Assembly (NCBI GenBank): GCA_963749235.1
Contig: CAVVLV010000001.1
Location: 410,989 to 474,988, forward strand
Source: an uncultured Thermoplasmata archaeon
Lineage (GTDB): Archaea > Thermoplasmatota > Thermoplasmata > Lutacidiplasmatales > UBA184
DNA length: 64,000 nucleotides
Reading direction: 5' to 3'
A program made the translations under genes and the position numbers. This document shows positions 7,573 to 16,754 of the stretch, in pieces; within the stretch, counting starts at the first letter, position 1; each line of letters opens with the position of its first letter. The notes beneath the pieces were generated by a model, which searched no databases, was not told where the DNA came from, and worked only from the letters and a program-made list of their open reading frames with translations.

Positions 7573-10500
7573 CTAATCATCTGGGACAGCCGTGTCAGCT
7601 GGGCCAGGGGCCCCATTCTCTCTCGGCGAACTGCTGGCCCGACCTTCTGTCCCACCTTGGCTCTCCGGTTGGGCGGATTTGGGGTGGGACGGGCCCATTG
7701 GGACAGCTGCGTCAGAGATTGGTCCAGCAGGTCGCAAGTCGTAGACTCGAAACCGTGTTCCCTCAAGCCGGCTCCGTCTTCGGTCTAGTCCAAGGGACCG
7801 CAATGCAGTGCCTACCTGCTGCTCGGAGTACGTTCCACGCTCGGAGGCCCTCAGGAGCGCGAGAACCTCTTGGGGGGTGGATTCGGCTCTTCCCGCGACC
7901 AGAAGGGCGCTCACGACCTCCCGAACCTGGCTGACTAGGGGGTCGGTCTCAACCACCGGCAACGGGGGCCGGTCCGCCACCTCCGCCTCGACAGCCCCAG
8001 ACCCGCTCAGGAACGGCCAGACCTGTATCCCAGGAGTGGCGAACGGCCGGAACGCCGCCCTCCCCTCCTTCCACACCAGCCCGACCCCGTCGGCCCACAG
8101 AGAGAGGCCCGGGAACCCATCCTCGACCAACGCCAGGGTCCTCGGCACCGCGGAGCGGTCCGGCAGGACGATCAGGACCCGGTGGCCAGCCGCGCGGGCT
8201 TTCTTCACGTTCCGGATGACCTGCCCCGCCGCCTTGGCCACGGTCGAACACTCGACTTCGACATTGTAGGTCGCCGAGCCCCACTGGAACTGGCCGTCGG
8301 GGGTCAGGATGCCCGCGACCTGCTTCGGGACGCTGAGAGCTATCCCGCGCTTCTCCAGGAAGACTGCGAACTCGGTGAGCGTCTCAATGTGCTCCTCCCC
8401 CTCGTTCCGACGGCCCTCCAGGGCCGCCAGATGGACCTGTCCCCGCGAAGTGAGGCGGAGTCGCCCGGCGTCTTCGTTGGGCTCCACATCGCCTTCGGAA
8501 GCGGCCAGCGCGAGCGCACCGTCCAGCTGGGCCCCAGGGAGCATGGTCGAGTCCTCCAGCTCCTCCCGGGTCCTCGGGCCCGTGGAGAGGCCCGCCATCA
8601 CGCCTTGGACCACCTCGGGCCCGACGAGCCACGGGGAGGCCTCTGAGTCCTCCCGCTGGGCGTATCTTCGGGAACTCTCGGTCACGGTCCGGTGGTTCTC
8701 GGTCGCCAAGGGACCCAGAGGCGGGCTGGGGTCGGTCGTGAGCTTCACGAGGCCCCCTGACACGGCCAGGGCGACCTCGTGCGGCCGGAGGCCGTCCACT
8801 AGGTCCTGGGGGGTCCAGCCGTGGGTCTGCCCGTTGACGATCTTCCACGCGTCGTCCATGTCCTCGACGCCCAGCGAGAACAACAACCACGCGTCCACGT
8901 TGCCGAGCAGGGCGGCCCGGACCCGGGGCGGGACGCGGTGGAGGAACTGCGTCGCGACCACGACGTGGAGGCCGAACTTCGCTCCCTCGCTCAGCATGTC
9001 GGCCAGCGCGGGGATGGCGTAGTTGTGCACCTCGTCGAGGACGAGGTAAACCGAGTGGTCGGGCCGTCCGGACCGCTGGACCGCCGCCCACAGCTGGCTC
9101 AGGTAGACCGCGCCGAGGAAGTTCGCTCCTTCGGCTCCCAGAGCCGATTTGGAGAGGTTCAGGAGCAGCAGGCGGTGCCTCAGCAGGCGGTCGAAGGAGA
9201 CCGCCCCGCTCCGCTGGCAGAGCGCGACCCGCAACAGGGGGTTGGTCGCGATCTTGCCGACCTTGTCGAGCGACGACATCGTGAACTGGTAGTCCAGCCG
9301 CGGCAGGTGCCGCTCGAGGAAGTCGCGGAGAGGCCCGGGAGGGGCGGTCCGGATGAATCTCTGGAGCGCGGGCTTGGACGAGAGCAGGTGGTACGCGTCG
9401 ACCAGATTCGAACCCGGTGTCTGTGACAACCCTTGGACCAAGGCGCGGAGGACCAGTTCGGCCCTCCCGCCGATGCTCTCCTCGCCCCACGCGCTCCGGA
9501 TCGCGGCGAGGAGGTCGCCCGCGAGCGCCTCGGCCCAGCGGTCACGTTCTGTATCGCTTTCTTCGTCGTCGACCGGGTCCGGCTGTCGGAGCAGGTTGAG
9601 GGGAACCGAGACCATGGTTGTGCCATCTTCTTGGAAGGTGGCGTGGGCCGGGTCGATCTCGATTGTCTCCGAGGCAATCTCTGGAGAGAGGCGCGACTCG
9701 ATCCCCCCTACGAGCGTCCCCGTGGGCTCGACCACGACTACGGTCGCATCGGGTTGCTTCGCGAGGATCTGGAGAACCAGATTCAGAGCCAGGGTGGACT
9801 TTCCCGACTGGGTCCGCCCCAGTAGGGCCGCGTGATTCCACTCCGGGGGGAGTGCCACGTGACGACCGTCATAGGCCCCGAGGATGAACTGCGGACGGGG
9901 ACTGGGCTCGGGATCAGGGTGGTACCGCAAGACCCGAACCGTCGGCAACTGGGGGGCGACCGGGGAGCGGGAAACCAGGCTCTCCCTACCCGCCCTTCCC
10001 CGCGGAGCTCCTGCGTACGAGCACTCCGGGTGGTACGTGGCCCACGGGATCGAGAGAAGGTGTCCGAGTTCGGTCGCGGAGACATCGCGGCGCCCGCGCC
10101 GGTTCGAGAACCGCGCGAAGTCGTGGGTCGCGAAGGCCGCGTGGAAGGGTTGCTCCTTCTTGCGCGGAATGACCTTCCACGTCCGCCAGGGGACGCCGCC
10201 GAGGGTGGTCCACTGTTCGAGCCATGCCCCGAGCGCGATCAGCGACTGGTCCGGTTGCGGGCCCATCAAGTGGGCGCGCAGCTCGACGTGGTAGGCTGGT
10301 TCGGCCCGACGGGCGTCCATCTCGGCCCGCAAGGCGCGGCCGTGCCGCTCCGCGTAGCTCATATAACGGGCCGAGAAGAGACCCGACTCCCAGACCCGGG
10401 CCCGCTGGAACAGGAGCTGAAGGACCACGTCGTGGTCCTGGAGCGTCTGAGAGCCGAGGGTCCGAAGGAGGAAACCTGCCGCGTCCGCATCTTGAGGTAT

Positions 10501-10821
10501 GCGAAGTGGCAAGTGGTGATGCCGTTGCACCGCGACCGCCCGTGCGAAGATCCCGCGGGTGGTGAGGTCGGCGAGCGGGCACGCGATCGGCGACCCCGCC
10601 GCGACGCGATGGCGCGTGTTCTCGAGATAGATCAACATCGATTCGAGGTCGGTCGCCTGGGGAGACCCGAGCGCGTATCGGACCCGCCCCGCCGGCTCTC
10701 GGTGGATCTCGAGCCAGAACGGGGCGAGCGAGGTCCAGACCAGCGGTGGCATCTCGGGCGGCTCCTCGGTCGGCGTGGGCAGCAGCAGTTCGCGGTGGAC
10801 ATTTTCAGTGGTGGCGTCCAT
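7573..10821 (-). CDS. Large (1082 aa) FtsK/HerA-superfamily P-loop ATPase with N-terminal unknown domain, central wHTH, PD-(D/E)xK-like nuclease-like domain and C-terminal wHTH
   Basis: Walker A GRTQSGKST; Walker B VYLVLDEVHN; FtsK-like LHVVVATQ motif; segment ILTPDGQF...YNVEVECSTVAK resembles restriction-endonuclease-fold core; helix-turn-helix-like segments near residues ~740 and ~1000. Confidence 0.7.
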   Translation of the reverse strand: MDATTENVHRELLLPTPTEEPPEMPPLVWTSLAPFWLEIHREPAGRVRYALGSPQATDLESMLIYLENTRHRVAAGSPIACPLADLTTRGIFARAVAVQRHHHLPLRIPQDADAAGFLLRTLGSQTLQDHDVVLQLLFQRARVWESGLFSARYMSYAERHGRALRAEMDARRAEPAYHVELRAHLMGPQPDQSLIALGAWLEQWTTLGGVPWRTWKVIPRKKEQPFHAAFATHDFARFSNRRGRRDVSATELGHLLSIPWATYHPECSYAGAPRGRAGRESLVSRSPVAPQLPTVRVLRYHPDPEPSPRPQFILGAYDGRHVALPPEWNHAALLGRTQSGKSTLALNLVLQILAKQPDATVVVVEPTGTLVGGIESRLSPEIASETIEIDPAHATFQEDGTTMVSVPLNLLRQPDPVDDEESDTERDRWAEALAGDLLAAIRSAWGEESIGGRAELVLRALVQGLSQTPGSNLVDAYHLLSSKPALQRFIRTAPPGPLRDFLERHLPRLDYQFTMSSLDKVGKIATNPLLRVALCQRSGAVSFDRLLRHRLLLLNLSKSALGAEGANFLGAVYLSQLWAAVQRSGRPDHSVYLVLDEVHNYAIPALADMLSEGAKFGLHVVVATQFLHRVPPRVRAALLGNVDAWLLFSLGVEDMDDAWKIVNGQTHGWTPQDLVDGLRPHEVALAVSGGLVKLTTDPSPPLGPLATENHRTVTESSRRYAQREDSEASPWLVGPEVVQGVMAGLSTGPRTREELEDSTMLPGAQLDGALALAASEGDVEPNEDAGRLRLTSRGQVHLAALEGRRNEGEEHIETLTEFAVFLEKRGIALSVPKQVAGILTPDGQFQWGSATYNVEVECSTVAKAAGQVIRNVKKARAAGHRVLIVLPDRSAVPRTLALVEDGFPGLSLWADGVGLVWKEGRAAFRPFATPGIQVWPFLSGSGAVEAEVADRPPLPVVETDPLVSQVREVVSALLVAGRAESTPQEVLALLRASERGTYSEQQVGTALRSLGLDRRRSRLEGTRFRVYDLRPAGPISDAAVPMGPSHPKSAQPESQGGTEGRASSSPRENGAPGPADTAVPDD

Positions 10822-10945
10822 GCTCTCGAGGAGGGAGGGTCGAGGGTGATACGGCCGCCGGCGTTCGCGGAAGATGAACGGAGCCGCCTTTCACAATTCA
10901 CTGGCCAACTTCGCTACTTAGTGTCGAGTCCGCTCGCTGACCGCG

Positions 10946-11215
10946 GTGGCGGCCGAGATGGCGCAGGGAGGCATCCACGTTTCCTCCAAGGCATCGTCCG
11001 AAGCACAGTCCTCGCGGCCGCCATCTCATTTCCCGCGGTTCGGTGGAGCGGACCTGATGGTTTCGCTCCGAGAGCTGAAGGCGATGGTCCAAGGGCTGGA
11101 CGCGTCGAACCCTGTTCGGATCCTCGTCCTGGGCGAGCCCGACGAGATCCCACGTTCCGAGTATGCAGCCAAGGTGCCTGGGTGGTACCGCCTTATCGTG
11201 ACCCCGGCGGATTGA
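10946..11215 (+). CDS. Small hypothetical protein (89 aa) between ATPase and integrase, opposite strand
   Basis: Only non-overlapping ORF in the 370-bp gap; no recognisable motif; could be non-coding. Confidence 0.25.
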   Translation: MAAEMAQGGIHVSSKASSEAQSSRPPSHFPRFGGADLMVSLRELKAMVQGLDASNPVRILVLGEPDEIPRSEYAAKVPGWYRLIVTPAD

Positions 11216-12527
11216 GCACGACCTGGTGCCCATTCACGGTCGTGACAACCGTCCACCCCTCATCGAGGTACCGGGGCAGTTCCGTACCTTCCACGAGGCG
11301 TTGGCGTGTCCCGTTCGCATCGGCGTTCTGTCCCATCTTCTTGGTCACGAGTTCCTGGAACGCGCCCACGTCCAAGCTGTCGAAATCCAGCTTGGCGAGC
11401 TCCTTCTCGGTGTATCCCAAGCCCATCAGCATCACCTTGGCCATCTTGGATTGCGCGTCCTGATCGGTGCGCGAAGGGACCGTGGAAAGGAACGGCTCGC
11501 AGCGCCGGTAGGCCGCCCGCATCTCCTCGACCATTGTCGGCTGAAGTTTCTTCGATAGATTGTACCGGCCGCTCACGCCCAGGTCATGCCCGAGGATCGC
11601 CTCGCGGAAGTCCCGCGGGATACGCCCCTTCGCCTCCGCGAGGAGCAGTTGCGTGGAGGCGTAGCTCCGGAGCACGTAGGGCCTCCAGCTGGTGTCGCTC
11701 GGCACCACCTTGTTGATGGCCGTCCGCAGTTCGGCGGTGAGCGCTTTGACCGTCACGAACCCGTTCTCGGTCTGCGTGTCGCGAACTGCGACAAGAGGGG
11801 ATTGTCCCGAGAGAGCTTCCGGGTCCACGGTCGCGCCGCTCCTCCACCGGGGCCGAGTGCGTCGCTCCTTCAGGTAGGCGATGAGGGTCTGAGCAAGCTC
11901 CTCGGAACCGAAGGTCACGTAGGCACGGCGGTTCTTGCTCAGCGCCCCCGGAACCCGGATCAAGAAGGGCAGGGTTCGGAATTCGAGGGTTCGTACGTCC
12001 AGTTCCGGCAGGTCGCCCAGCCGGAGGGCGGTATCGCCGGACCGGTAGACGGAGAACGCGCCCGGCCGAAGTCCCGAGTGAGCCATGAGCAGCGCGGATA
12101 CCTGGCCCCGCAGCGGAAGGGCGCGGAGCAGCCGCCCGAGTTCGTCCTGCGTCGGAACCCGCTCGTTCTCGATCGAGACGCCGCGGATCACGGCGAGTCG
12201 GGGGAAACCGTGGAAATCGACCTCGTGATGTCGGAGGAAGCTGGACACCCCGACGAAGGTCTTCGCGATGTACGTCGTGAGGCGTCCCCGCTTCTGAAGG
12301 TCGCCTGCATACACCACCCATCGCTTCCGAAGGCGGGAGGGATCCGAGCGGGCCTCGGCCAGCAGTTCCGAAGGGCCAAGACCGACCTCATGGAGGCAGA
12401 GGCCCAACTGTCGCAGGTTGACGTCCGCCGTCCTGACGGAACGGAGCTGATTCTCATCGAACCAGCTTCGGATCAGGGGGTCTTCCCGCAGTTTCTGGTG
12501 ATTGAGCCGCGGGGGTTTTCGGGGCAT
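11193..12527 (-). CDS. Tyrosine recombinase / phage-type integrase (444 aa) with ~100-aa C-terminal extension
   Basis: Conserved catalytic region ...VLRSYASTQL...ILGHDLGVSGRYNLS (R, H-x-x-R, Y); located immediately downstream of a tRNA 3' end. Confidence 0.8.
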   Translation of the reverse strand: MPRKPPRLNHQKLREDPLIRSWFDENQLRSVRTADVNLRQLGLCLHEVGLGPSELLAEARSDPSRLRKRWVVYAGDLQKRGRLTTYIAKTFVGVSSFLRHHEVDFHGFPRLAVIRGVSIENERVPTQDELGRLLRALPLRGQVSALLMAHSGLRPGAFSVYRSGDTALRLGDLPELDVRTLEFRTLPFLIRVPGALSKNRRAYVTFGSEELAQTLIAYLKERRTRPRWRSGATVDPEALSGQSPLVAVRDTQTENGFVTVKALTAELRTAINKVVPSDTSWRPYVLRSYASTQLLLAEAKGRIPRDFREAILGHDLGVSGRYNLSKKLQPTMVEEMRAAYRRCEPFLSTVPSRTDQDAQSKMAKVMLMGLGYTEKELAKLDFDSLDVGAFQELVTKKMGQNADANGTRQRLVEGTELPRYLDEGWTVVTTVNGHQVVLNPPGSR

Positions 12528-12581
12528 GAGTGGGCACCCCTATTCCTCCCTATAAAGAATCCAACGCCCCGAAATTTGGGA
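12528..12581 (-). promoter_or_regulatory. Putative integrase promoter (TTTATA box ~27 nt upstream of ATG on minus strand)
   Basis: Minus-strand sequence ...GGATTCTTTATAGGGAGGAATAGGGGTGCCCACTCATG; AT-rich island in a GC-rich context. Confidence 0.4.
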
Positions 12582-12688
12582 CGCCCGTGCTGGGATTCGA
12601 ACCCAGGTCTGAGGCTCCGCAGGCCTCTAGGATAATCCATTGCAGCAGGTCGGGGGAAGACCCCGGCCCGTAGCTACCCCACACGGGC
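12582..12688 (-). tRNA. tRNA-Arg(GCG), intron-containing (107 nt; ~33-nt intron in the D-arm region)
   Basis: Acceptor GCCCGTG/CACGGGC, T-arm CTGGG-TTCGAAT-CCCAG, anticodon arm GAGGC-CTGCGGA-GCCTC, discriminator G; D-stem GGGT...ATCC with A14,G18,G19 separated by a 33-nt insertion. Confidence 0.55.
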
Positions 12689-12730
12689 AATCGGTTGGGA
12701 CGATGTCCCGGCGGCGGCGAGCGGGGTCGG

Positions 12731-12781
12731 CTATAAAAGCCCGGGGACGCGCGCTACGATGGGCGCGCCACACTTTATAGC
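12731..12781. promoter_or_regulatory. Divergent promoter region with two TATA boxes (GCTATAAAAGC and CTTTATAG) between tRNA-Arg and gatD
   Basis: AT-rich palindromic TATA elements at 12732-12739 and 12774-12780, spaced appropriately for the tRNA (minus) and gatD (plus). Confidence 0.45.
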
Positions 12782-12822
12782 GCGCCTCTCTCCCCGATTC
12801 ATCCGGCACCCGGATTCGCTCG

Positions 12823-14139
12823 ATGGGGGACGAAAAGGGGAAGGACCCGTGGCCCGAACTGCGCCTATTGCCGATGGGTCGGCGCATCCAGTTGGAGGAC
12901 GGCCACGGAGGGACCTGGGTTGGCACCGTCGTTCCCAATCATGGGTTTACGGCCGACCGGATCCTTCAACTTAAACTGGCGAACGGCTACAACGTCGGGC
13001 TGCGGATCGGGTCCAGCGCCCGATTCCATGTGCTGCCGGACGTCTCCCGGGATGCGCGCGCCGCGCCCGCAACGCCGGCCGCCCGGCGCGGGCGCGAAGG
13101 GGAGCCGTGGGTCGCGTTGCTGACGACCGGAGGGACGATCGCGTCCCGGGTCGACTACGAAACCGGAGGGGTCCGCCCGGTCAAGGGAGAGGACGAAATC
13201 CTCGCCTTCTATCCGGAGCTCGAACGGTCGGGACCGGTGCGAATCCTCCCCGTGTTCGATCGACTGAGCGAGGATCTCCGGCCCGACGATTGGATCGTGC
13301 TCGGTGAGAAGGTCGTCACCGCGTTTAAGGACGGGGCCGTCGGAGTGGTCATCGCTCACGGGACGGACACGCTCGCGTACACTGCGGCTGCCCTCAGCTT
13401 CCTCTTGGTCGACCTCCCCGGGCCGGTTGCCCTCGTGGGTGCTCAGCGATCTCCCGACCGGCCTTCCTCGGATGGCCCCTCTAACCTCCAGGCCGCGGTC
13501 CAGGTGGCACGGGAAGCGCCGCTCGGTGAGGTGGTCGCCGTGATGCATTCCGGCCTCTCGGATACGAGCTTCGCGATCCATCGGGGCACTTGGGTTCGCA
13601 AGATGCACTCGAGCCGTAGGGATGCGTTCGAGACCCGCAACGGACCCCTGCTCGGGAAGGTCGAAGGAGGCCGCGTCACGGTGGCCGAGTTCGGTCGCCC
13701 CCGGACGCCCGGCCCGGCCCGTTTGGATGGCCCGATCGACCCGCGGGCGGCCCTCCTCTGGTTTTATCCGGGGCTGCATCCGACTTATGCGCAGCTCCTC
13801 GTCCGGGAGTTGCGCGGGATCGTCCTCGCCGGTACCGGTCTCGGCCACGTTGGGGCCGATCACCTCGAGTGGATCCGAGCCGCGACCGCCGCGGGCAAGG
13901 TGGTCGCGATGACGACCCAGTGCCTCGCCGGTCGAGCCGACCCGTACGTGTATGCCACTGGCCGCGAGCTCCACCATGCCGGGGTGGTTTACCTCGACGA
14001 CCTCCTGCCCGAGACGGCGTACACGAAGATGCTCTGGGCGCTCGGCCATTCCGATACTCCGGCCGGGGTCGTGGAGCGATTGAAGACCCCGCGGGCGGGA
14101 GAGTTCCTCGACCGTCACACAGGAGGGCCGCCGACATGA
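12823..14139 (+). CDS. gatD: Glutamyl-tRNA(Gln) amidotransferase subunit D
   Basis: Asparaginase-like TGGTIAS motif, archaeal GatD N-terminal domain; stop overlaps gatE start. Confidence 0.85.
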   Translation: MGDEKGKDPWPELRLLPMGRRIQLEDGHGGTWVGTVVPNHGFTADRILQLKLANGYNVGLRIGSSARFHVLPDVSRDARAAPATPAARRGREGEPWVALLTTGGTIASRVDYETGGVRPVKGEDEILAFYPELERSGPVRILPVFDRLSEDLRPDDWIVLGEKVVTAFKDGAVGVVIAHGTDTLAYTAAALSFLLVDLPGPVALVGAQRSPDRPSSDGPSNLQAAVQVAREAPLGEVVAVMHSGLSDTSFAIHRGTWVRKMHSSRRDAFETRNGPLLGKVEGGRVTVAEFGRPRTPGPARLDGPIDPRAALLWFYPGLHPTYAQLLVRELRGIVLAGTGLGHVGADHLEWIRAATAAGKVVAMTTQCLAGRADPYVYATGRELHHAGVVYLDDLLPETAYTKMLWALGHSDTPAGVVERLKTPRAGEFLDRHTGGPPT

Positions 14140-16012
14140 AGGCCGGCCTCGAAGTGCACCAGCAGCTCTCGACCGGCAAGCTGTTCTGTGCGTGTCCGAC
14201 CGAACTTTCCGAGGAAGTCACGCGGACGTTCGTCCGCTCTCTCCGGGCGGCCGGCGGCGAGAATCGTTCCGTTGACGCCGCAGCCGCCCTCCAAGCCGCG
14301 CGCGGCTTCCAGTATCGATACGAGGTCGTCCCACCATGCTGTCACGTCGAGATGGACGAGGAGCCTCCGCACCCGCTCGACCCGCCCGCCCTGGAGGCGG
14401 CGCTCCTGCTCGCCCTCATGGTGGGAGCGCGTCCCGTCGATGAGGTCGAGGTCATGCGGAAGATCGTGGTCGACGGCTCTACGACTTCCGGTTTCCAGCG
14501 AACGGCGTTGGTGGCCACGGGGGGCCACATCGAGGTGAACGGACGTACTCACCGCATCGACTCGATCTGTCTCGAGGAGGACGCCGCCCGCCGGATGGGG
14601 GAATCGCCCGACGGGGTCACGTACCGGCTCGATCGGCTCGGGATCCCGCTCATCGAAGTCGCAACGGGACCGGACATCACGAGCGGGGCCGAGGCCCGTG
14701 AGGTCGCCGCCGAGATCGGTTCGCTCCTGCGCGCGACCGGGAGGGTCCGCCGGGGGATCGGCACGATACGGGAAGACCTCAATGTCTCCACCGAAGGAGG
14801 TCGACGGATCGAGATCAAAGGGGTCCAAGAGCTCCGAAAGATCCAGGACTACGTCGATCGGGAGGTCGACCGCCAGGGAGTGCTGCTGGGGGTTCGGGAC
14901 GAGCTCGTCCGTCGCGGGGGCCTCCGTTCCGGACGACCCTCCGCGCGACGTAACGGCCCTGTTCACGGAGATCCACTACGGACCGATGGCGGAGGTCCAT
15001 CGAACCGGCGGCGTCGCCCTCGCGCTCGTCCTGCGAGGATTTCACGGCCTTCTCGCGTCCCCCGCCGGCACCGAGGAGCGACTCGGAAGGGAGCTCGCGA
15101 GCTACGCGAGAGCGGTGGGCCTGGGCGGTTTGCTCCACTCGGACGAGCTACCCGGCCATGGGATCGAAGAGGGGCTCCTGCGCGAGATGCGCCCGGCCCT
15201 CGGTCTGGGGGAGCTCGATGCGTTCGTTCTCGTGTCCGCCCCGTCCCGAGAAAAGGCTCTTCGGGCGCTCGAGCGGGTCGCGACGCGAGCCCGTGCCGCG
15301 ATCGAGGGGATACCCGAGGAAACGCGCGACCCACTTCCCGACGGTCGGACCCGGTTCTCCCGCCCTCTCCCGGGCCGGGATCGGATGTATCCCGAGACCG
15401 ACGTGCCCTCCGGTCGAGGTCACGAGCGAACTCCTCACGAGGCTCGGCGGCGACCTTCCCGAGCGGCCCTCGACACGACGGGAGCGATTGGCGCGCCAGT
15501 ACGAACTTCCGATGGAGCTCATCCGGCAACTGGACAGTACCGAGAGCCTCGAGGAGTTCGAAGCCCTTGTCCAGCGGGGTCACCCCTCGGGTCTGGTGGC
15601 CCGTCTCCTGACCCAGGACGTCCCCGCGGCGCTCGGCGACCGTCCGGATGCCGCCCCGTTCGCGCTCGACCTCCTCGACTCCGTTCTCGCGGCGGCCGCG
15701 TCGGGCCGCTTCTCGAAGGAGGGGATCCCGGCGGTGTTGGCCGCGCTCGTCGCCGGGGCGCAGTCGGTCGATGCCGCCGTCGATCGCGCGGGGTTTTCGA
15801 CCCCTCCGGGCGAGGACCTCGATTCGATCGTGGATCGGGTTGTCCGTGCGAACGCTCTCCTGGTCCAGGAGCGGGGCGAGGCCGCGCTGTCTCCCCTCAT
15901 GGGGGACGTCATGCGGGAAGTACGCGGCAAGCGCGACGGTCGTGAGGTGGCCGAATCCTTGCGGCGCGCGATCGCGCGACTCCGAAGCGGGGATCCGGCG
16001 TCGTCTCCGTAG
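14136..16012 (+). CDS. gatE: Glutamyl-tRNA(Gln) amidotransferase subunit E, reading frame interrupted twice (+1 at G5 run ~14914-14918; +1 near ~15408)
   Basis: N-terminal MKAGLEVHQQL...CPTEL; middle and C-terminal GatB/YqeY-like segments continue in the other two frames; total length ~625 aa matches GatE. Confidence 0.75.
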
Positions 16013-16019
16013 GAGCGTC

Positions 16020-16754
16020 ATGGTACCCCCTTCGCGTCGGCGTGCGCTCCCCCGTCCGCGTCGCGCATACCGAGTGGTCGTGACCGACGTCGACGGGACC
16101 CTGACCGACGCGTCGCGCCGATTGGATCCGGGGGCGGTCGCGGCGATACGCTCGCTCGAGGACCGCGGCATCCCGGTGGTGCTGGCGACCGGGAACGTCC
16201 TCCCCATCGCTCTCGCGCTGCACCGCTCGCTGGGACTCTCCGGCCCGATCGTCGCCGAGAACGGAGGTCTGGTCTGGACTTCGGGACCGAACGGCGAGAA
16301 CCGGATCGAGCGGCTGGCCAACCCGGCTCTCGCCCGCTCGGCGTTCCGGATCCTCGTGCGGGCCGGTCTTCCGGTACGGCGCCTCTTCACCGATCGATGG
16401 CGCGAGAGCGAAGTGGCCCTGGAGGCGAACGTTTCGGTGGCCCGCATCCGCCGCGCGCTCGCGGGACGCCCGGTCCACGTGGAAGCCACCGGGTATGCGA
16501 TCCACTTGATGGAGTCCGGTGCGGGCAAACGCCCTGCGCTGGACCGGGTCTTCGCCGGACTCGGGATCGGCTGGTCCGAAGCGATCGTTCTCGGGGACGG
16601 CGACAACGACGTCGAGATGCTGCGGGCCGCGGGGTTCGGCGTGAGCTTTCCGTCGGCCAGCCCCCGGGCCCGCGCCGCCGCCCGGTACGTGACCCGCCGG
16701 GCGTACGCGGCGGGATTTGTCGAAGGCCTTAAAACGAGCGGAGTTCTCGACTGA
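16020..16754 (+). CDS. HAD-superfamily hydrolase, archaeal phosphoglycolate-phosphatase/Cof-like
   Basis: Motif I VVTDVDGTLTD, motif III K, motif IV GDGDNDVEM. Confidence 0.7.
   Translation: MVPPSRRRALPRPRRAYRVVVTDVDGTLTDASRRLDPGAVAAIRSLEDRGIPVVLATGNVLPIALALHRSLGLSGPIVAENGGLVWTSGPNGENRIERLANPALARSAFRILVRAGLPVRRLFTDRWRESEVALEANVSVARIRRALAGRPVHVEATGYAIHLMESGAGKRPALDRVFAGLGIGWSEAIVLGDGDNDVEMLRAAGFGVSFPSASPRARAAARYVTRRAYAAGFVEGLKTSGVLD

Noticed and set aside
9399-9425. 11-nt identity (GATTCGAACCC) plus similar flank with the T-arm region of tRNA-Arg, considered as a possible attR remnant
   Set aside because: It lies inside the intact ATPase ORF, the match is too short and imperfect for an att core, and the chance expectation over 64 kb is not negligible.
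8384-9490. Stack of six-frame ORFs inside the large ATPase gene
   Set aside because: All are Arg/Pro/Gly-rich shadow ORFs. Only the 1082-aa frame has coherent motifs.
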